Below are positions 1 to 11,724 of a stretch of DNA of 41,722 nucleotides, one piece after another. Source of the DNA: Callorhinchus milii (Eukaryota). The stretch is from the NCBI RefSeq assembly GCF_018977255.1, contig NW_024704798.1:310001-351722 (forward strand), read 5' to 3'. The position numbers and the translations under genes were made by a program. Positions within the stretch are counted from its first letter, which is position 1. Each line of letters starts with the position of its first letter. The notes beneath the pieces are model-generated. The model ran no database searches and was not told where the DNA came from. It saw nothing but the letters and a program-made list of their open reading frames with translations.

Positions 1-348
1 CTTCTATAACATTTACATCCCAAGCTTTGGCTTGATTTTGATTGATATCAATTAACATAATATAATCCCGACATACAATTTCATTATAATATCAATTCAT
101 ATAAATAATTTAATATATAATATGATTATCAGAATATAATTAAAAGCAATTCTCTGTCTAATTCCCGCCACAAACAACGTAGTTATTTCACTTCACAATA
201 TATTCCGAGAAGAACCTTCAAACGTCTCATCGAAGTGACAAAGCAACATATCAACGCAAGGATCATTATTGTAATTATTATATAGCACATTGTTAGGATG
301 ATATTCACTGGTGCTGTGTAGTGCTGTGTTATGGAAACAAACACTTAC

Positions 349-391
349 ATTGTAAGAAGAGGAAGGAGATGGAGATACAGAGGAGAGGCAT
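349..391 (-). CDS. Leader exon of a NAR-TCR V (unit 0; its V exon lies off-window to the left)
   Basis: ATG at 391, MPLLCISISFLFLQ + 1 nt, donor gtaagt at 348; 43 nt, near-identical to leaders at 7258, 23402 and 39967 that precede VNAR exons. Confidence 0.85.
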
Positions 392-537
392 TCTCTCAAC
401 GCTGAGAGATACCGTCAGCCCCGGACACCTCAGAGTGACTGTGAGTAACACAGAGCTGTTCTGTGACTCAGAGCAGAAGGCGGAAGACGAGGCTTTTCTG
501 TTGAATTTTGACCACTCCATTAGGAATGAATGGACAA

Positions 538-570
538 CTGACGTGGAGCCAATGAGAGGAAGTCAATAAA
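538..570. promoter_or_regulatory. CRE-like/CCAAT motif block upstream of the NAR V leader
   Basis: tgacgtggagccaat ~150 nt upstream of the ATG; related tgacgtggaagcc/gct at ~23728 and ~40294, degenerate at ~7585. Confidence 0.4.
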
Positions 571-2481
571 CTGACACTGGGAATGGGACAACGTCTGCGT
601 GATGGAGCTCCTCAACGACATAATAAGGTACAGTTTGAAATCGAAGGCTTATTATTTATCTGTGGCTCGGCCAATCTGTCTGTCTGTCTGTCTGTCTGAC
701 TGTCTTTCTTTGAAACCTTAGGAACGTTTCCGTTCTCAACACACACATATATACACACACATACACACACACTCACACACACACATCTCTGTCTATCTGG
801 CAGTAAATGGGAACCCGCTTGGTTGTTAAATGTTGATTTGCTTGGCATGGGCAAAAATCCCAGCATCATAATAATAATTTGGTTGCTTAATCCATGACTG
901 TGAGTGGGACGCCGCGTTTTGTAGGCGAAATGCACCAAATGTTTGGCGCGTTTTGCCCACCAAACATACAGTCACTACGCTTTACTATGTATTATGTGAA
1001 GCGCTTTGTGATGGTATGGATGACGTGATGAGGCGTTGTATAAAATGCAAGGAGTGTTATTATAATTAATTGTTTTCGCAAACGTCACTGTCCTTGAACA
1101 CTGACCTGATTTAGGGGGTGTAAAGAGAAGCTGATTACCGGTGTTATCATAAGTTTGCGATTATTTCCCTTCTTGAACTGTGGACTTGGAGGGCCAAGCA
1201 GTTTGTCGCTGTATGTGATAGAAAGGTAATAGGTTTATCATTGAAGCCAGTTTTTCGCTGAAAAACATGCTAACGCTTGCATAATATATTGATCGATATC
1301 ATGATCCAAAACTTACACTAATTATAATGAATAGTTGATGGACTTTATATATTGTTGGTAAATTGAATCGGATAACTGTGCGTAGCAGTGTCCCACAGTG
1401 AGTCGTGGATTGAGGGACGGAATTCATATTTTACTTATGTATTTACGGACATTTTAAAAATATATATATAATTGGATTATTGACCCCCCGGTAAGCGATC
1501 TGCCAATGGACTGACAAGTATGTTCCAACTTACTGTTAGTTAAACGATGGCGTGTATAGAGAAATGAATCTAACCTGGGAATCCAATCCTGCACGGCCCA
1601 TGTCCTCTGTGTTGCTGTAACCATTAATCTACAGGACTCCGCATTACTTACATTGCTAAGTGCTTATGAGGAGTGCTCCCGATGTGTAATCCGCTGTATA
1701 AGAGTCAGTATTATTGTATTGCTGATGGCGGCATCTAATGTTGATTCAGAAGATTGTCAGTGTCTGTGTTGTCTCGGGATGAGTTTACTGGTGAAACAAG
1801 CAAATTGGTTTAGATTTGCACCGGTACCCATTGAGAGCAGACACGAAGCCGTGCACCATCAGTATTTCTCACGGATAAACACACTCCATCTGAACAACCA
1901 CCTCTTCAACCACCGCTTCCCAACGTCTTTACTCCTATTCCCCAGGAAGTTCCCCAGCCACCCACCGCCCCAGCTACCACCAGCTCCTCCCAGATCACCA
2001 TCTACAGTTCGCAACCTGCCCAGCTCTTACCACAAGCTCTCACCCCCTCCAAAACTTCCAACTCATCCATCCCACCAATGGTATGGAATTCCCTCTTCTT
2101 CCTTACAGTCAAACGAACAATATTCAACAACAGCAACAACAAAAACAACTTGGATCTATATAGCGCCCTCCATGCCGGAGGACGTCTCAAATTTTCGAAA
2201 TGGGTTGGTATTGTTGCATTTGCAGAGCAGAGTTAATCAACAGAAGAGTCGACTGCTGCAGCTAACTGCCTATCAACTTTACTCTCTGCAGTTAATGTGA
2301 CACATAATTATGTGGATCTTCGGCAGACAGACTGAATTGTGGTAGATGTGGCTTCCCCTGAAGCTCGCTGCACAAAAAGATTGAGTCTGAACACGCACAG
2401 GGTTGATCAGATAGCCAGACCAAGCTCAAAATGCCAGTTTAGTTACATTGTACGAGGCTGTGGTTGGTTCGCGTCACTGTG

Positions 2482-2800
2482 GGGATATAGGGAGAGACAG
2501 CAAAGTGATACACAGCGCTGTCAGACACCAGCAGCTCAGAGATGGATAATCTGGTGACAGATTGGGAAGCGTCAAGCTGAGAAGTGAAACGATTTCCAAT
2601 TCCATCTCCTTTCCTTTCCTCTTCGTAACGTGAATATTTTCGCAGTATAAATTGTGGCTGATTGTCTGGGTAATGTCGGTACCAGAAGAGATAGTAATAG
2701 CTTTCATTCGTGGAATAGGTACGTTCAAAAGTCACGTTTCCTCCCACTTTGTTAAACATCACGGCACCTTTCTGACTGACAGGGTCCCCACGGCAGAGTT
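2482..2800 (-). pseudogene. TRAV/TRDV-like V exon lacking both canonical cysteines (leader at 3446-3491)
   Basis: Acceptor cag at 2801-2803; ...GDPVSQ...VTFERTYS...WYRHYP...DSAVYHFAV; Cys23->Arg, Cys104->Phe; heptamer 2475-2481, 23 spacer, weak nonamer acaatgtaa. Confidence 0.85.
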
Positions 2801-3445
2801 CTGTAATTAACATGGAAGATAACGACATTATATTATTAAAAAATTGCCTGAATTAACTTGTCAGCGCCTTGTGACGTTATTCTGATGAGAAAGGCTCCAA
2901 GTAGACTTCAATTGTAATAAAGTAACAGTAATAATCGCTGTGTTCAACATATCGGATTATCACATTGTTGGGAATTCTGAAAGCGCTCCACATAATATTA
3001 CTGTAAAGTGAATTGCTGTGTATTTTTTTTGGCGAAAGGCAGCAGCCATTGCGCACAGTAGTGTCCCACAATTAGACGTGGACTGGTTTGTCATATTTTA
3101 TTTTTAATTCCGTGAGGCGATTATTATCCGAGGTAAAGCGATCCGCCAATCCATTAAAAATGTTTAAGAAATTGTCACCAATTGGAATTTAATATTAGCA
3201 CATTGTGTTCAAAAGGTCATGAAGGAAACAGTGTCGTTCTTGTTAATAGATGACCACAGGCTTGTGAGTGGAGTATCAAAAATTGACAAAGGTTTAGTCG
3301 TGTCCTGTCCGGGAATCGAACCCACGCCCTCTCACTTGAGAGGCGAGTGCTGTAACTACTGAGCTACAGACTTCCCTCCACCAAATGTTGTTGTAATGGA
3401 GCTCACCATCAGCAGAAATAGGGAATCAGCTCAACACGGCCTCAC

Positions 3446-3491
3446 CTGACATAAGGGTTCCCAGCACCAGACAGACAGCAAACTGCCTCAT
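3446..3491 (-). CDS. Leader exon for V at 2482-2800
   Basis: MRQFAVCLVLGTLMS + g, donor gtgagg, phase 1. Confidence 0.8.
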
Positions 3492-4295
3492 TGCTGCTCT
3501 TCAGTCTGTGTGGTTGTGTATGTGCCATCAGTTTGCTGATAACACGCAGTGACTGTCGGCATTGGCGGAGCCACAGTCTCACATCACCTCATTGGCATCT
3601 CAGCCGCGTTTCAATACAGTATCCAATTGCATTCAGATAGCGGTTTTCACCAGTCACAGGGGAAGGGAATCCTCCGTTCAGCACCTGGTAACAACGAAGG
3701 CCATAGCCCTAACTAGTAGACTGATCATCAAAATAAAATAACAATAATCGTTCCATTTGTTGTAGCACATTATCACATTTTTCAGGCGACGCAAACGGCT
3801 TCACGTAGTCTGTCATATCGTGTAGTGACATTATATTTTGTGAGCGAATCGAGGCAGACGATACCGCACAGTAGTGCACCATAAATCGTCGTGGATAGAC
3901 TGAACAAAATGTTTAACATTATTATTCAATTGAAGGTATTATTGCCGGCGGAATAGCAATCCGCCAGTCAGGTTCAAATCTACTGCTCGCGAAACGGCGG
4001 TTTGTGCAGTAAGTAAAGTTGCCCAACATTTCGCCCTATCGGGAATCGAACACCTGTCCCTCGCATGCGAGGTATATGCTCTAACCACGGTTATTGCGTA
4101 ATCAGTTGAGTTCATGGGATCATTGAGTTGTTTGTTTGACAGTCAGATGAGCCGTCAATGTAATGTTCTCTTTGTGTTTCTGTCTGGTTTCCTTTCCTAC
4201 AGTAAATCGCTGCTGCGGCCCAGAGAGACAGAAGCGCAAACCCACTAAGCGCTGATAGTTTTTGTACGAGTCTCTGACTGGTTCCCATCACTGTG

Positions 4296-4603
4296 TGGTT
4301 GTAGAGCACAGTAGTACACAGCACTGTCAGACAGCTCCAACAGGGAGATGGTTAAACTGGTGAATTTTGTCGAGGTTTGGAGCTCTGCAGAGAACCGCTT
4401 TTTAGCAAAATCTGCTTTATATGTACTACCAACGGAATGCTGTTGAAGCACATACTGTGGTTGTGTTTCTTCTTGTTCTCGGTACCAATTTAAATAGTAG
4501 CCGCTCAGAGACGTATCATAATGGCATTACATAGTCACACTTCCTCCTTCTTTCCCAGTCACTGAACCCACCATCTGTGTCACAGAGTCTCCCTGGGTCA
4601 GGC
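4296..4603 (-). pseudogene. TRAV/TRDV V exon with in-frame stop in FR1 (leader at 5279-5330)
   Basis: GLTQGDSVTQ...VTM*CHYDT...WYREQ...DSAVYYCAL; TAA at 4527-4529; intact RSS cacagtg 4289-4295 / 23 / acaaaaact 4257-4265. Confidence 0.9.
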
Positions 4604-5278
4604 CTGAAAGACAAGAGCGTGGAGAACTGTAACTCAGTTGTTAAAGATCTCGCCTCGCAAACGAGAGGACCCGGGTTCGATTCCCGGATAGGACAGGGCA
4701 CAATCTGAGGCAAGTTTCCTTAGCGCACACTCCACTGTTTACCCAATAGTAAGCAGAAAACTGTGCGTTAGTGAATTAGCAGATGGCTTTCCGGGGATAA
4801 TAATCCGGTCAAAAAAAAAGAAACATTTTGAAACGTGGTCATATAATCCATGATTATTTGGGGAACAACAACAACAACAAGATTCCATTTATAAAGCGCC
4901 TTTCACGTCAGGAGGACGTCCCAAGGCGCTGCACAGCTGGGTCATGACCCGAGCAGGGGGGAAATGGTCAGGGTAAGGGGAGGGAAGGGAGGGAGCGAGG
5001 AGGGGGAAGAGAGTCGAGAGGGGAGCTGAAGGCTCGGTCAAAGAGGGGGAACACTCCAAATTGGCTGCCGCGTTTCTCCCAACAAAACGTTAAGTCACTA
5101 CTATTTACAGTATAGTCTATGAAGCGATTTGAGCCGTCTTCAAATCATATTGAAGCCCTATATCAGATGTGAAAACTATTATTATTATGATTAGTAAAAC
5201 GAGGCAGAAAAGAGAAACCGATACAACGAAATGAGTATTATAATTGTTTGAAAGTTTACTATTGTTACAAGAGATTAC

Positions 5279-5330
5279 CTAATAAAATGGCAGACAGAGC
5301 CACACACACACAGGATATTTCCGTCCCCAT
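5279..5330 (-). CDS. Leader exon for V at 4296-4603
   Basis: MGTEISCVCVALSAILL + g, donor gtaatc. Confidence 0.8.
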
Positions 5331-5460
5331 CACTCACTCCACAGCTGCACTCTTTTGCTGGTAATATATTGCTGTTGATCTGCGATGTACAACTCTGTTT
5401 CAGATGACAATTGATCGCTTTGAACTCACTTCCTAACCAAATGACGTGGACATCATCTGG

Positions 5461-5800
5461 TCAATGTAGGAGGGCAGGAAATGTGTCACAGTTTGTCGTC
5501 TGGGGCCAGGGGGAGGGGGAGTGTGATTCTCCTTCGAGGCAATTCAATTTGGTAACAGTCTTGCCAGCAAAATGTGGGGCAGATTGGCAGGTTTCCAGGA
5601 TTTTACAAAGGCGTGATGGGCCAATGCCATTGAGATATTTAATGGTTAGGGTAAGTATCTTGAACTCAACTCTATCCACAAAATCTGCAAATCCATCACG
5701 CTTTACTCCCGCCTCGCTCCTTTCCTTGCCTCCTACAAAGCCCACATTAAGACCCTACTCGTCGCCCATGCTTTCGATCATCTGCTACCCCACCTGTCCT
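5461..5800 (-). mobile_element. Degenerate L2/CR1-clade LINE ORF2 3' fragment
   Basis: Translation RVEFKILTLTIKYLNGIGPSRL resembles the L2 C-terminal motif RIxFKILLLTYKALNGLAPSYL; boundaries approximate. Confidence 0.45.
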
Positions 5801-6192
5801 CAAAACTCCATAATCCCCACCGAACTTCAGTTCAAAACCTCTGAATGTTCAGCGGCCCTGGAACTCCTTTCCGACGTGAAAGTCTCTCTTCAAATGGAAT
5901 ACTGCGGTTGTTGTTGAGCTCGAACTTCCCGAGATTGGGAGTCATTAGGTATTGGCTGGTAGCATCGACTGTGGAATCATGTGTGGGAAAAACACAGCAA
6001 ACAGATTTCTGGTCAGCTAAAAATGTGTGAAGGGAAGAGGCATGTTAAACTGGGAGCAGACAGTTGACATTATCTTGCCCGGACGCAATCAACACAAAGA
6101 TGTAGACGTAGGACAATGTTAGCGATGATCACCTCTCATGTATTTCCGTGAAGATTTGCAGTGCGGTAATTGTGATGATCTTTTCCAATGTG

Positions 6193-6207
6193 GGTTCCCC
6201 AGCCAAG
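6193..6207 (-). CDS. NAR-TCR D segment, unit 1 (12/12 RSS)
   Basis: Coding cttggctggggaacc; 5' RSS heptamer 6208-6214, 12 nt, nonamer acaaaaaca 6227-6235; 3' RSS heptamer 6186-6192, 12 nt, nonamer 6165-6173 (acaattacc). Confidence 0.85.
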
Positions 6208-6597
6208 CACATTGTTTAATGTCAACACAAAAACACCGGTTCGCAAATCAATTCAAATGATTTCTTCCATTTACAAATGATCAATTAATCACATAACGTG
6301 TAAAATTCTTTTGAATATTTTCTCAATAAATTTGCATGCCGTCTGTCTCTTGCAATAATGTATAAGGTATATGAATTCAAACAACGTAGTAACTTCAGAT
6401 TGATACACACTCACTTTTCCTAAGTATTCATAACTGATAGTCGCTTCTTAAAGGAAGTATTCTTAAACATAGCTGCACATCACACACGAATGAGGAACAT
6501 TCACTGAACTCATCGGCAATTTCACATTCTCTGTGTTTTTCCTGTGAGTTGGTGACAGGGCTTTTTGTATTGTTGGAAGTCCAGATACGGCATTGTG

Positions 6598-6883
6598 GTA
6601 TACCAGTCATATCGAGATTTACAGTAATAATCAGCGCCGTCTTCAACTTGCAAGTCACTAATTTCCAGAGAAAACGACCACGATACCCAATCTGTTTTTA
6701 CAACAAACCGTCCTTCACGAGGGATGGGTTTCCAATCTCTTTCATTTGGAAGCTGCCTAAAGAACTCCATACTTGTGAATTCGCTTCGATAACTTGCTGA
6801 GAAGACACAGTTGATGGTTAAGGACACGCATTCTTCTCTGCTGATAGAGGATGGTCTCTGCATTACTGAGGCGCTGTAAATAT
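6598..6883 (-). CDS. NAR-TCR (IgNAR-like) V exon, unit 1
   Basis: DIYSASVMQRPSSISREECVSLTINC...EISDLQVEDGADYYCKSRYDWY; short VNAR-type domain without CDR2; RSS cacaatg 6591-6597 / 22 / acaaaaagc 6560-6568. Confidence 0.9.
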
Positions 6884-7257
6884 CTGGCAAATTATACACA
6901 ATATTACATCAGTTTAACAGATCTTCAACTGAACCTTTCTATTACAATTCCATTACAAGTGTTGGCTTGATCTCCCTTAATAACAGTTGATATAATATAA
7001 TTAGGATTATGTAATATAATTATGATATTAATTAATACATATGGTTATGATGTATAATGAAATTAAAGGCAATAATTGCCTGCCGTGTTTTGCCCACCAA
7101 ATTCAGTACACAAACTATTATTTAAAGCGACTTGATGCGTCCCATCCACATCGTAACGATACACATCAATTACAAGTATAATTTATATTGTGAAACTATC
7201 GTACTGATGACAATCACTGGTGCTGTGCTGTGCTGTGTTATGGAAACAACCACTTGC

Positions 7258-7300
7258 ATTGCAAGAAGAGGAAGGAGATGGAGATACAGAGGAGAGACAT
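7258..7300 (-). CDS. Leader exon of NAR-TCR V unit 1 (GC donor)
   Basis: MSLLCISISFLFLQ + t, followed by gcaagt instead of gtaagt. Confidence 0.85.
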
Positions 7301-7696
7301 CCTCCCACCGCTGAGACACACCGTCAGCTCCGGACACCTCAGAGTGACTGTGAGTAACACAGAGCTGTTCTGTAAGAGCGTTGGAGACTTGGTTTATTTG
7401 TGATGAACAGCGTCACATTATGGCTGGTGTCAGCGGCTTTCAGGGGAGGGCGGGGTAGTGATTTGCGTGGGGAGGGGAAGAACACACATGGGGAGAGTGA
7501 CTGAATAACAGTGCCGGAGGGCATTTGGCATAGAGGGGGATTTGGGGATGTCTGTTCGAGGCTCATTTTGTTTTAAATGGACAATTGACGGGGAAGCGAA
7601 CGTGAGGGACTGTAATCTGACACTGAGAGGGTCAACGGCTGTGTGATGTGGAGAGGGGCTTTATTGAGAATTCGTAAAGGCACGTAAAGAAACTAC

Positions 7697-8004
7697 TACA
7701 GAATCCTGTAGCTCAGTGTTTAGAACACTCGCTTTGCAAGTGAGAGACCTGAGTTCAATTCCAGGCAGAGGGCGAAACCTTGGGCAAGTTTCCTAACTCC
7801 ACACAGAGCCTAAAAATAATCCCTCATCAAACCAAAAACAATAACAAATCGATCATTTTCAATCTACGACTGTTTGTGGGACATTGCTGTGCGCAATTGG
7901 CTGCCGCGTTCGCCCACAAGTATACAGTCCATTCAATTTACTGTGTTCTGTGAAGCGGTTTGGGACGTCCTCCCGATGTGAAAAGCGCTATATCAAATGC
8001 AAGG

Positions 8005-8034
<30 letters not shown>
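7697..8034 (+). mobile_element. Full-length tRNA(Ala-like)-derived Deu-type SINE with L2-like tail
   Basis: tRNA-like head (tgtagctcagtg...ttgcaag...gttcaattcc), body gtgggacattgctgtgcgcaattggctgccgcgtt, tail aagcgctatatcaaatgcaagg(att)n; near-identical to 17061-17378 and 32153-32483. Confidence 0.85.
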
Positions 8035-8035
<1 letters not shown>

Positions 8036-8040
8036 CTTAC

Positions 8041-8234
8041 ACAACTTGGACTTGGAGTGAGTTCTCTGACAGTGACCAGCAGCAGGACGGTGAAGCCGGT
8101 CAAGGCAGCAGAGAGATAGCGAGATATGGGTGATGATGGGTGTGAAGGAGGAGGGAGAAATAGGGGTAAAGGAGTGTGGGGTGCAGTGGTTAAATAATTC
8201 GTGTGGATAGAGGTGGTGACAAAGGGATGATGGT
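8041..8234 (-). other. Putative Thr/Pro-rich stalk + hydrophobic (TM-like) exon, open copy
   Basis: Polypyrimidine-cag acceptor at 8235-8237, donor gtaagg; phase 1 entry gives HHPFVTTSIHTNYLTTAPHTPLPLFLPPPSHPSSPISRYLSAALTGFTVLLLVTVRELTPSPSC; paralogues at 23845-24037 and 40407-40612. Confidence 0.45.
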
Positions 8235-8429
8235 CTGCAGGGGTTAGAGAGGAGAAAGGGAAGGCAGTTCATAAGATATTTTCTTTTCGGCATACATGTG
8301 AAGAGGTTTATCACGACTTGACCATATGATAATGCGCAGTGTTAAGCACAATCATTATTGTTAATAATTAATAACTCGGATTGTCTGTCTCTATGTCTGT
8401 ATTTCTGTGTGTTTCTCTTTCTGTTTGTT

Positions 8430-8432
<3 letters not shown>

Positions 8433-8471
<39 letters not shown>

Positions 8472-8645
8472 TCTGTCTCTCTGTCTCTGACTATATTTAT
8501 TTGATTCCTTAGGAAAGTTTCTTTGATGCGCATACACACATACACACATACAAGCACACACAGAGACACAGACAAACACACAATCACACACATACACACA
8601 AACACCGAAACCCACACACAGAGACACAGACAAACACGCACTCAC
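8433..8645. repeat. (CT)n and (CA)n-rich microsatellite tract
   Basis: Direct inspection; paralogous tracts at ~677-785, ~24240-24445 and ~40760-41030. Confidence 0.9.
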
Positions 8646-9278
8646 GCAGATTGAGTGACCGAATTAATATTTTACTTTTGAAATTATTCACATGTTTTAA
8701 AATAAACGTGTAATTGTTTTACTTTAAGGGATAATGGCCGCCGTTAAGTTAATCTACAAACGAATAACATAATTGTTCCTATTTACTGTTGTTTCTACAA
8801 AGGCGAGTGTGTTTTACCGTTTCTCCCCACCCGAGAATCGAACTCAGATATTCTCGCTTGCGAAACTTGCGATCTAACCACCAAGTTAAAAGAATCCACA
8901 TTATTGCACGAATGAGGTATCTTCCTGATGTGAAAACTGTTTTTAAAAGTCAGTTTTTTTGTGTGGTGATACGGCGACATCTACCGGCATTTCAGAAATA
9001 ATTCGGTGAATAATCTTGGTTTGAGTGACCAAATTATCATTATTTTATAAAGAGCTTATTACCCCCAGAACAGCAATCCGTTAATCGACTAACAATCGTG
9101 ATCCTATTTACTGCTAAACAAACTGAGGTGTGGAGTAAGGAAAGTTGCCCAATATTTTGCAAGGCTGTGAATCAAACACAAGTTTATCGTTTCGAGGCGA
9201 GTGCTCTAACCACTGAGCTGCAAAGCTCCACATTGGGAAGTTTTTTGTACAGAGAATTCATTGACTTGCAGCACTGTG

Positions 9279-9590
9279 CATCAGTTCTTAAGCCGCAATA
9301 ATATGTGGCAGCGTCAGTGACAATGACACTGGATATGCTTAGTGTGGTTTGTCTCTGATTCGTGTCAAGCTGTGAAGTGAAACGGCCTTTGGCGAAATCT
9401 ACTGTGTTGTCATTTCCATCAGGATCCCTGTAGAGAATGTATTGGGGAGCGAGACCCGGGTGATGTCTGTACCAGTACAGAACAGCATAGGACGAGCTGC
9501 TGGTATATGAGCAGCTCAGACTCACTGTGTCTCACTCTTGTTTGCTCAGTCCCGCTGTCTGCTCTCTGACTGAATCTCCCAACACCACAT
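9279..9590 (-). pseudogene. TRAV/TRDV V exon with FR1 stop
   Basis: DVVLGDSVREQTAGLSKQE*DTVSLSCSYT...WYRHHPG...DAATYYCGL; TGA at 9532-9534; RSS 9272-9278 / 23 / acaaaaaac. Confidence 0.9.
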
Positions 9591-11411
9591 CTGCAACGAG
9601 AGGAAAGGATCAAAATCAAACATAGAGTTTTTGCAGTTCTGTAGTTCAGTGGTTTGTGCACTCGCCTCGCAAGCGTTCAGATCAGGGTTCAATTCCCGGG
9701 CAGGACAGGGAGAAACCTGAGGCAAGTTTCCTTAGTACACATAAACGCCTCTGTTTACCAAGCAATAAGTAGGAACCCAGTCGTTGGAAGATTGGTGGAA
9801 GCTTTTCCTCGGATAATAATGTATAAAAAATAAACGTGGTCAATCAATCCACCACTTTTTGTGGAGGTCTCATGTACACAAATGGCAGCCGCGTTTCTCT
9901 CTCACCATTGCGATCAGTTGACTTGTCCATGAATACTGAGACGCGCTTTGTGACGGCTTTATATGAAGGCCTTTTATCAAACCTAATAATTACTATTACT
10001 AGCTTTCCGTTGCTAACATCTCAACTAACAAACCCAGCTCGGTTGACAAACCAGGTCTGCCAAACGCAATGACCCATCATCCTCCTGATGAAAACGTCTC
10101 TATATCAATATTAATCTGTACTGTATGTTTCACAGCCTCACCTGACATTAAGCTCAATGTGAGAAGGTATTCGATGAACAGCCACATTGTCGCTCTTGAG
10201 AAAGAAGACTTTGCCATCAGAGTTTGATGATTGATTGTGTGTGCCGACGGTGAAGGGTTTCAACATCACATCCGTGACCCCACAGCAGCGTTTCCTTGAC
10301 ACACTTACACCGTGACATTGTCACGCCGCTAAATATGGGCGTTGGGCTACACTCACTTACATGCTGAATGATTTCAGAGCCACCACAGGATGATGTCAAA
10401 GATACTGTGGATAAACGTTTGGTGAGGAAGGATCATACTAATCCTTGCATTTGATAAAGCGCCTTTGGACATCAATTACAACAATAAACAGCAATAAGTA
10501 ACATGCTTGATGTTGCTCGGACGTCCTTAGTCGCTGGACAGTGAATGTGTTTGTACTCGGGATTAGAAGGGGAGAGAAGATGGTGGGTGGAGGAGTGATG
10601 GTCACTGAAGACTCGGTTGAGAAGGATGGTCTTTAGACGGGCATTGAATGAGGCAAAGGGGAACACAAACGTTTTAATAGTTGTCATAGATCCTCTTCCA
10701 ACTTTCGATGCTACTACCGAACCTCAGCGACCTCCACAAACACTGCAATCAATACGCTACGAATACCAAATTTACCAGGACCCTCAATTGGATCTGTCAG
10801 GGTATAGCTAATCGTTTCGAGTCGTACCGTGGGATATTTAGCACTCACCTGAACAGTCATGGATTGACTGACCAGCATTGTTTTCGAAGGAATTATTATC
10901 CCCACGGAAAAGCGATAGGCCGATCGATTCACACCCTGGTTCTTTAACGCTGCGAGATAAACAGCGGTCTGTGTTTGGAGTAAGGTAACTTGCCTAAGGT
11001 TTGACCCTGCCCAGAATTGAACCAGGGTCCTCCAGTTTGTCAAACGACTGTTGTTCCCACTCCACCGCACGACTCCATGTAAATTTAGCAAAAAACAAAA
11101 GAAACATGATTTGCTTTTATTTTATTTGCAAACTGAAGTAAACTAACTTAAAGAAAACTGGGCCTGTAACGCCTAACTCGTTCACTAAGGGTTGTCTGCA
11201 TTTGCTGTGACAGATAATGTTGTGAAAGTTTAGCTGACAAGTTGATGTCAGGTGAATGTGGTTTCCTTTGAGTCTGGAGACTGAAATGTCTGCTCTCCAC
11301 AGGGCCTCAAGGCCTGACCAATTTTCCGCACAAACTTCAACAGACAGATCATCCCTATGTAAAGGTGAAGGGAGTTTTTGTCCGAGACTTGCAGGGCTGT
11401 CAATCACTGTG

Positions 11412-11724
11412 GTGAGACTCAAAGCACAGTGATACCCAGCGCTGTCAGACACCACCAGCACAGACATAGAGAAACTGGTGGATGAATTGGATTCCCGTAG
11501 CTGAGCAGAGAAAGGATTTTCAGTTCCTGTTCCTTGGTATTGATTGTCATCCCCAGAATAGCTCGCAACGAAAAACTCTGGCTGCTTGTCTGGGTAATGT
11601 CGGTACAAGTAGAGATGGTAATAACTATCAGTAGTGGAATAAGTGCACTGAAAATTCACAGTTTCTCCTTCTGTCCTAACCATCGGGGCAGCATTCTGAC
11701 AAACAGAGGCCCCGTCAGAGTGAT
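11412..11724 (-). CDS. TRAV/TRDV V exon, open ORF, Trp41->Leu; leader internally deleted
   Basis: DHSDGASVCQ...FQCTYS...YLYRHYP...DSAGYHCALSL; RSS 11405-11411 / 23 / acaaaaact; leader 12362-12386 lacks 7 hydrophobic codons. Confidence 0.8.

Noticed and set aside
1653-2300. 215-aa Pro-rich plus-strand ORF
   Set aside because: Low complexity, non-ATG start, no domain; it overlaps a degenerate L2-like 3' end and a SINE tail.
5411-5917. 168-aa plus-strand ORF at the position where the unit-1 J was expected
   Set aside because: No J motif or RSS; the opposite strand shows an L2 ORF2 remnant.
7697-7780. tRNA-Ala-like sequences (also ~3300-3375, ~4620-4700, ~9640-9710, ~13490-13555, ~17061-17140, ~19205-19270, ~31180-31255, ~33650-33715)
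   Set aside because: They run directly into SINE body sequence (ggcaagtttccttactccacac) and lack an intact acceptor stem; they are SINE heads, not tRNA genes.
9522-9528. cacagtg heptamers inside FR1 of the 9279 and 25665 V exons, and at 38274-38280
   Set aside because: No nonamer at 12 or 23 nt spacing.
10617-11091. ORFs in a block duplicated at 26637-27200
   Set aside because: Frames are not conserved between the two copies, and the 3' part is an inverted SINE.
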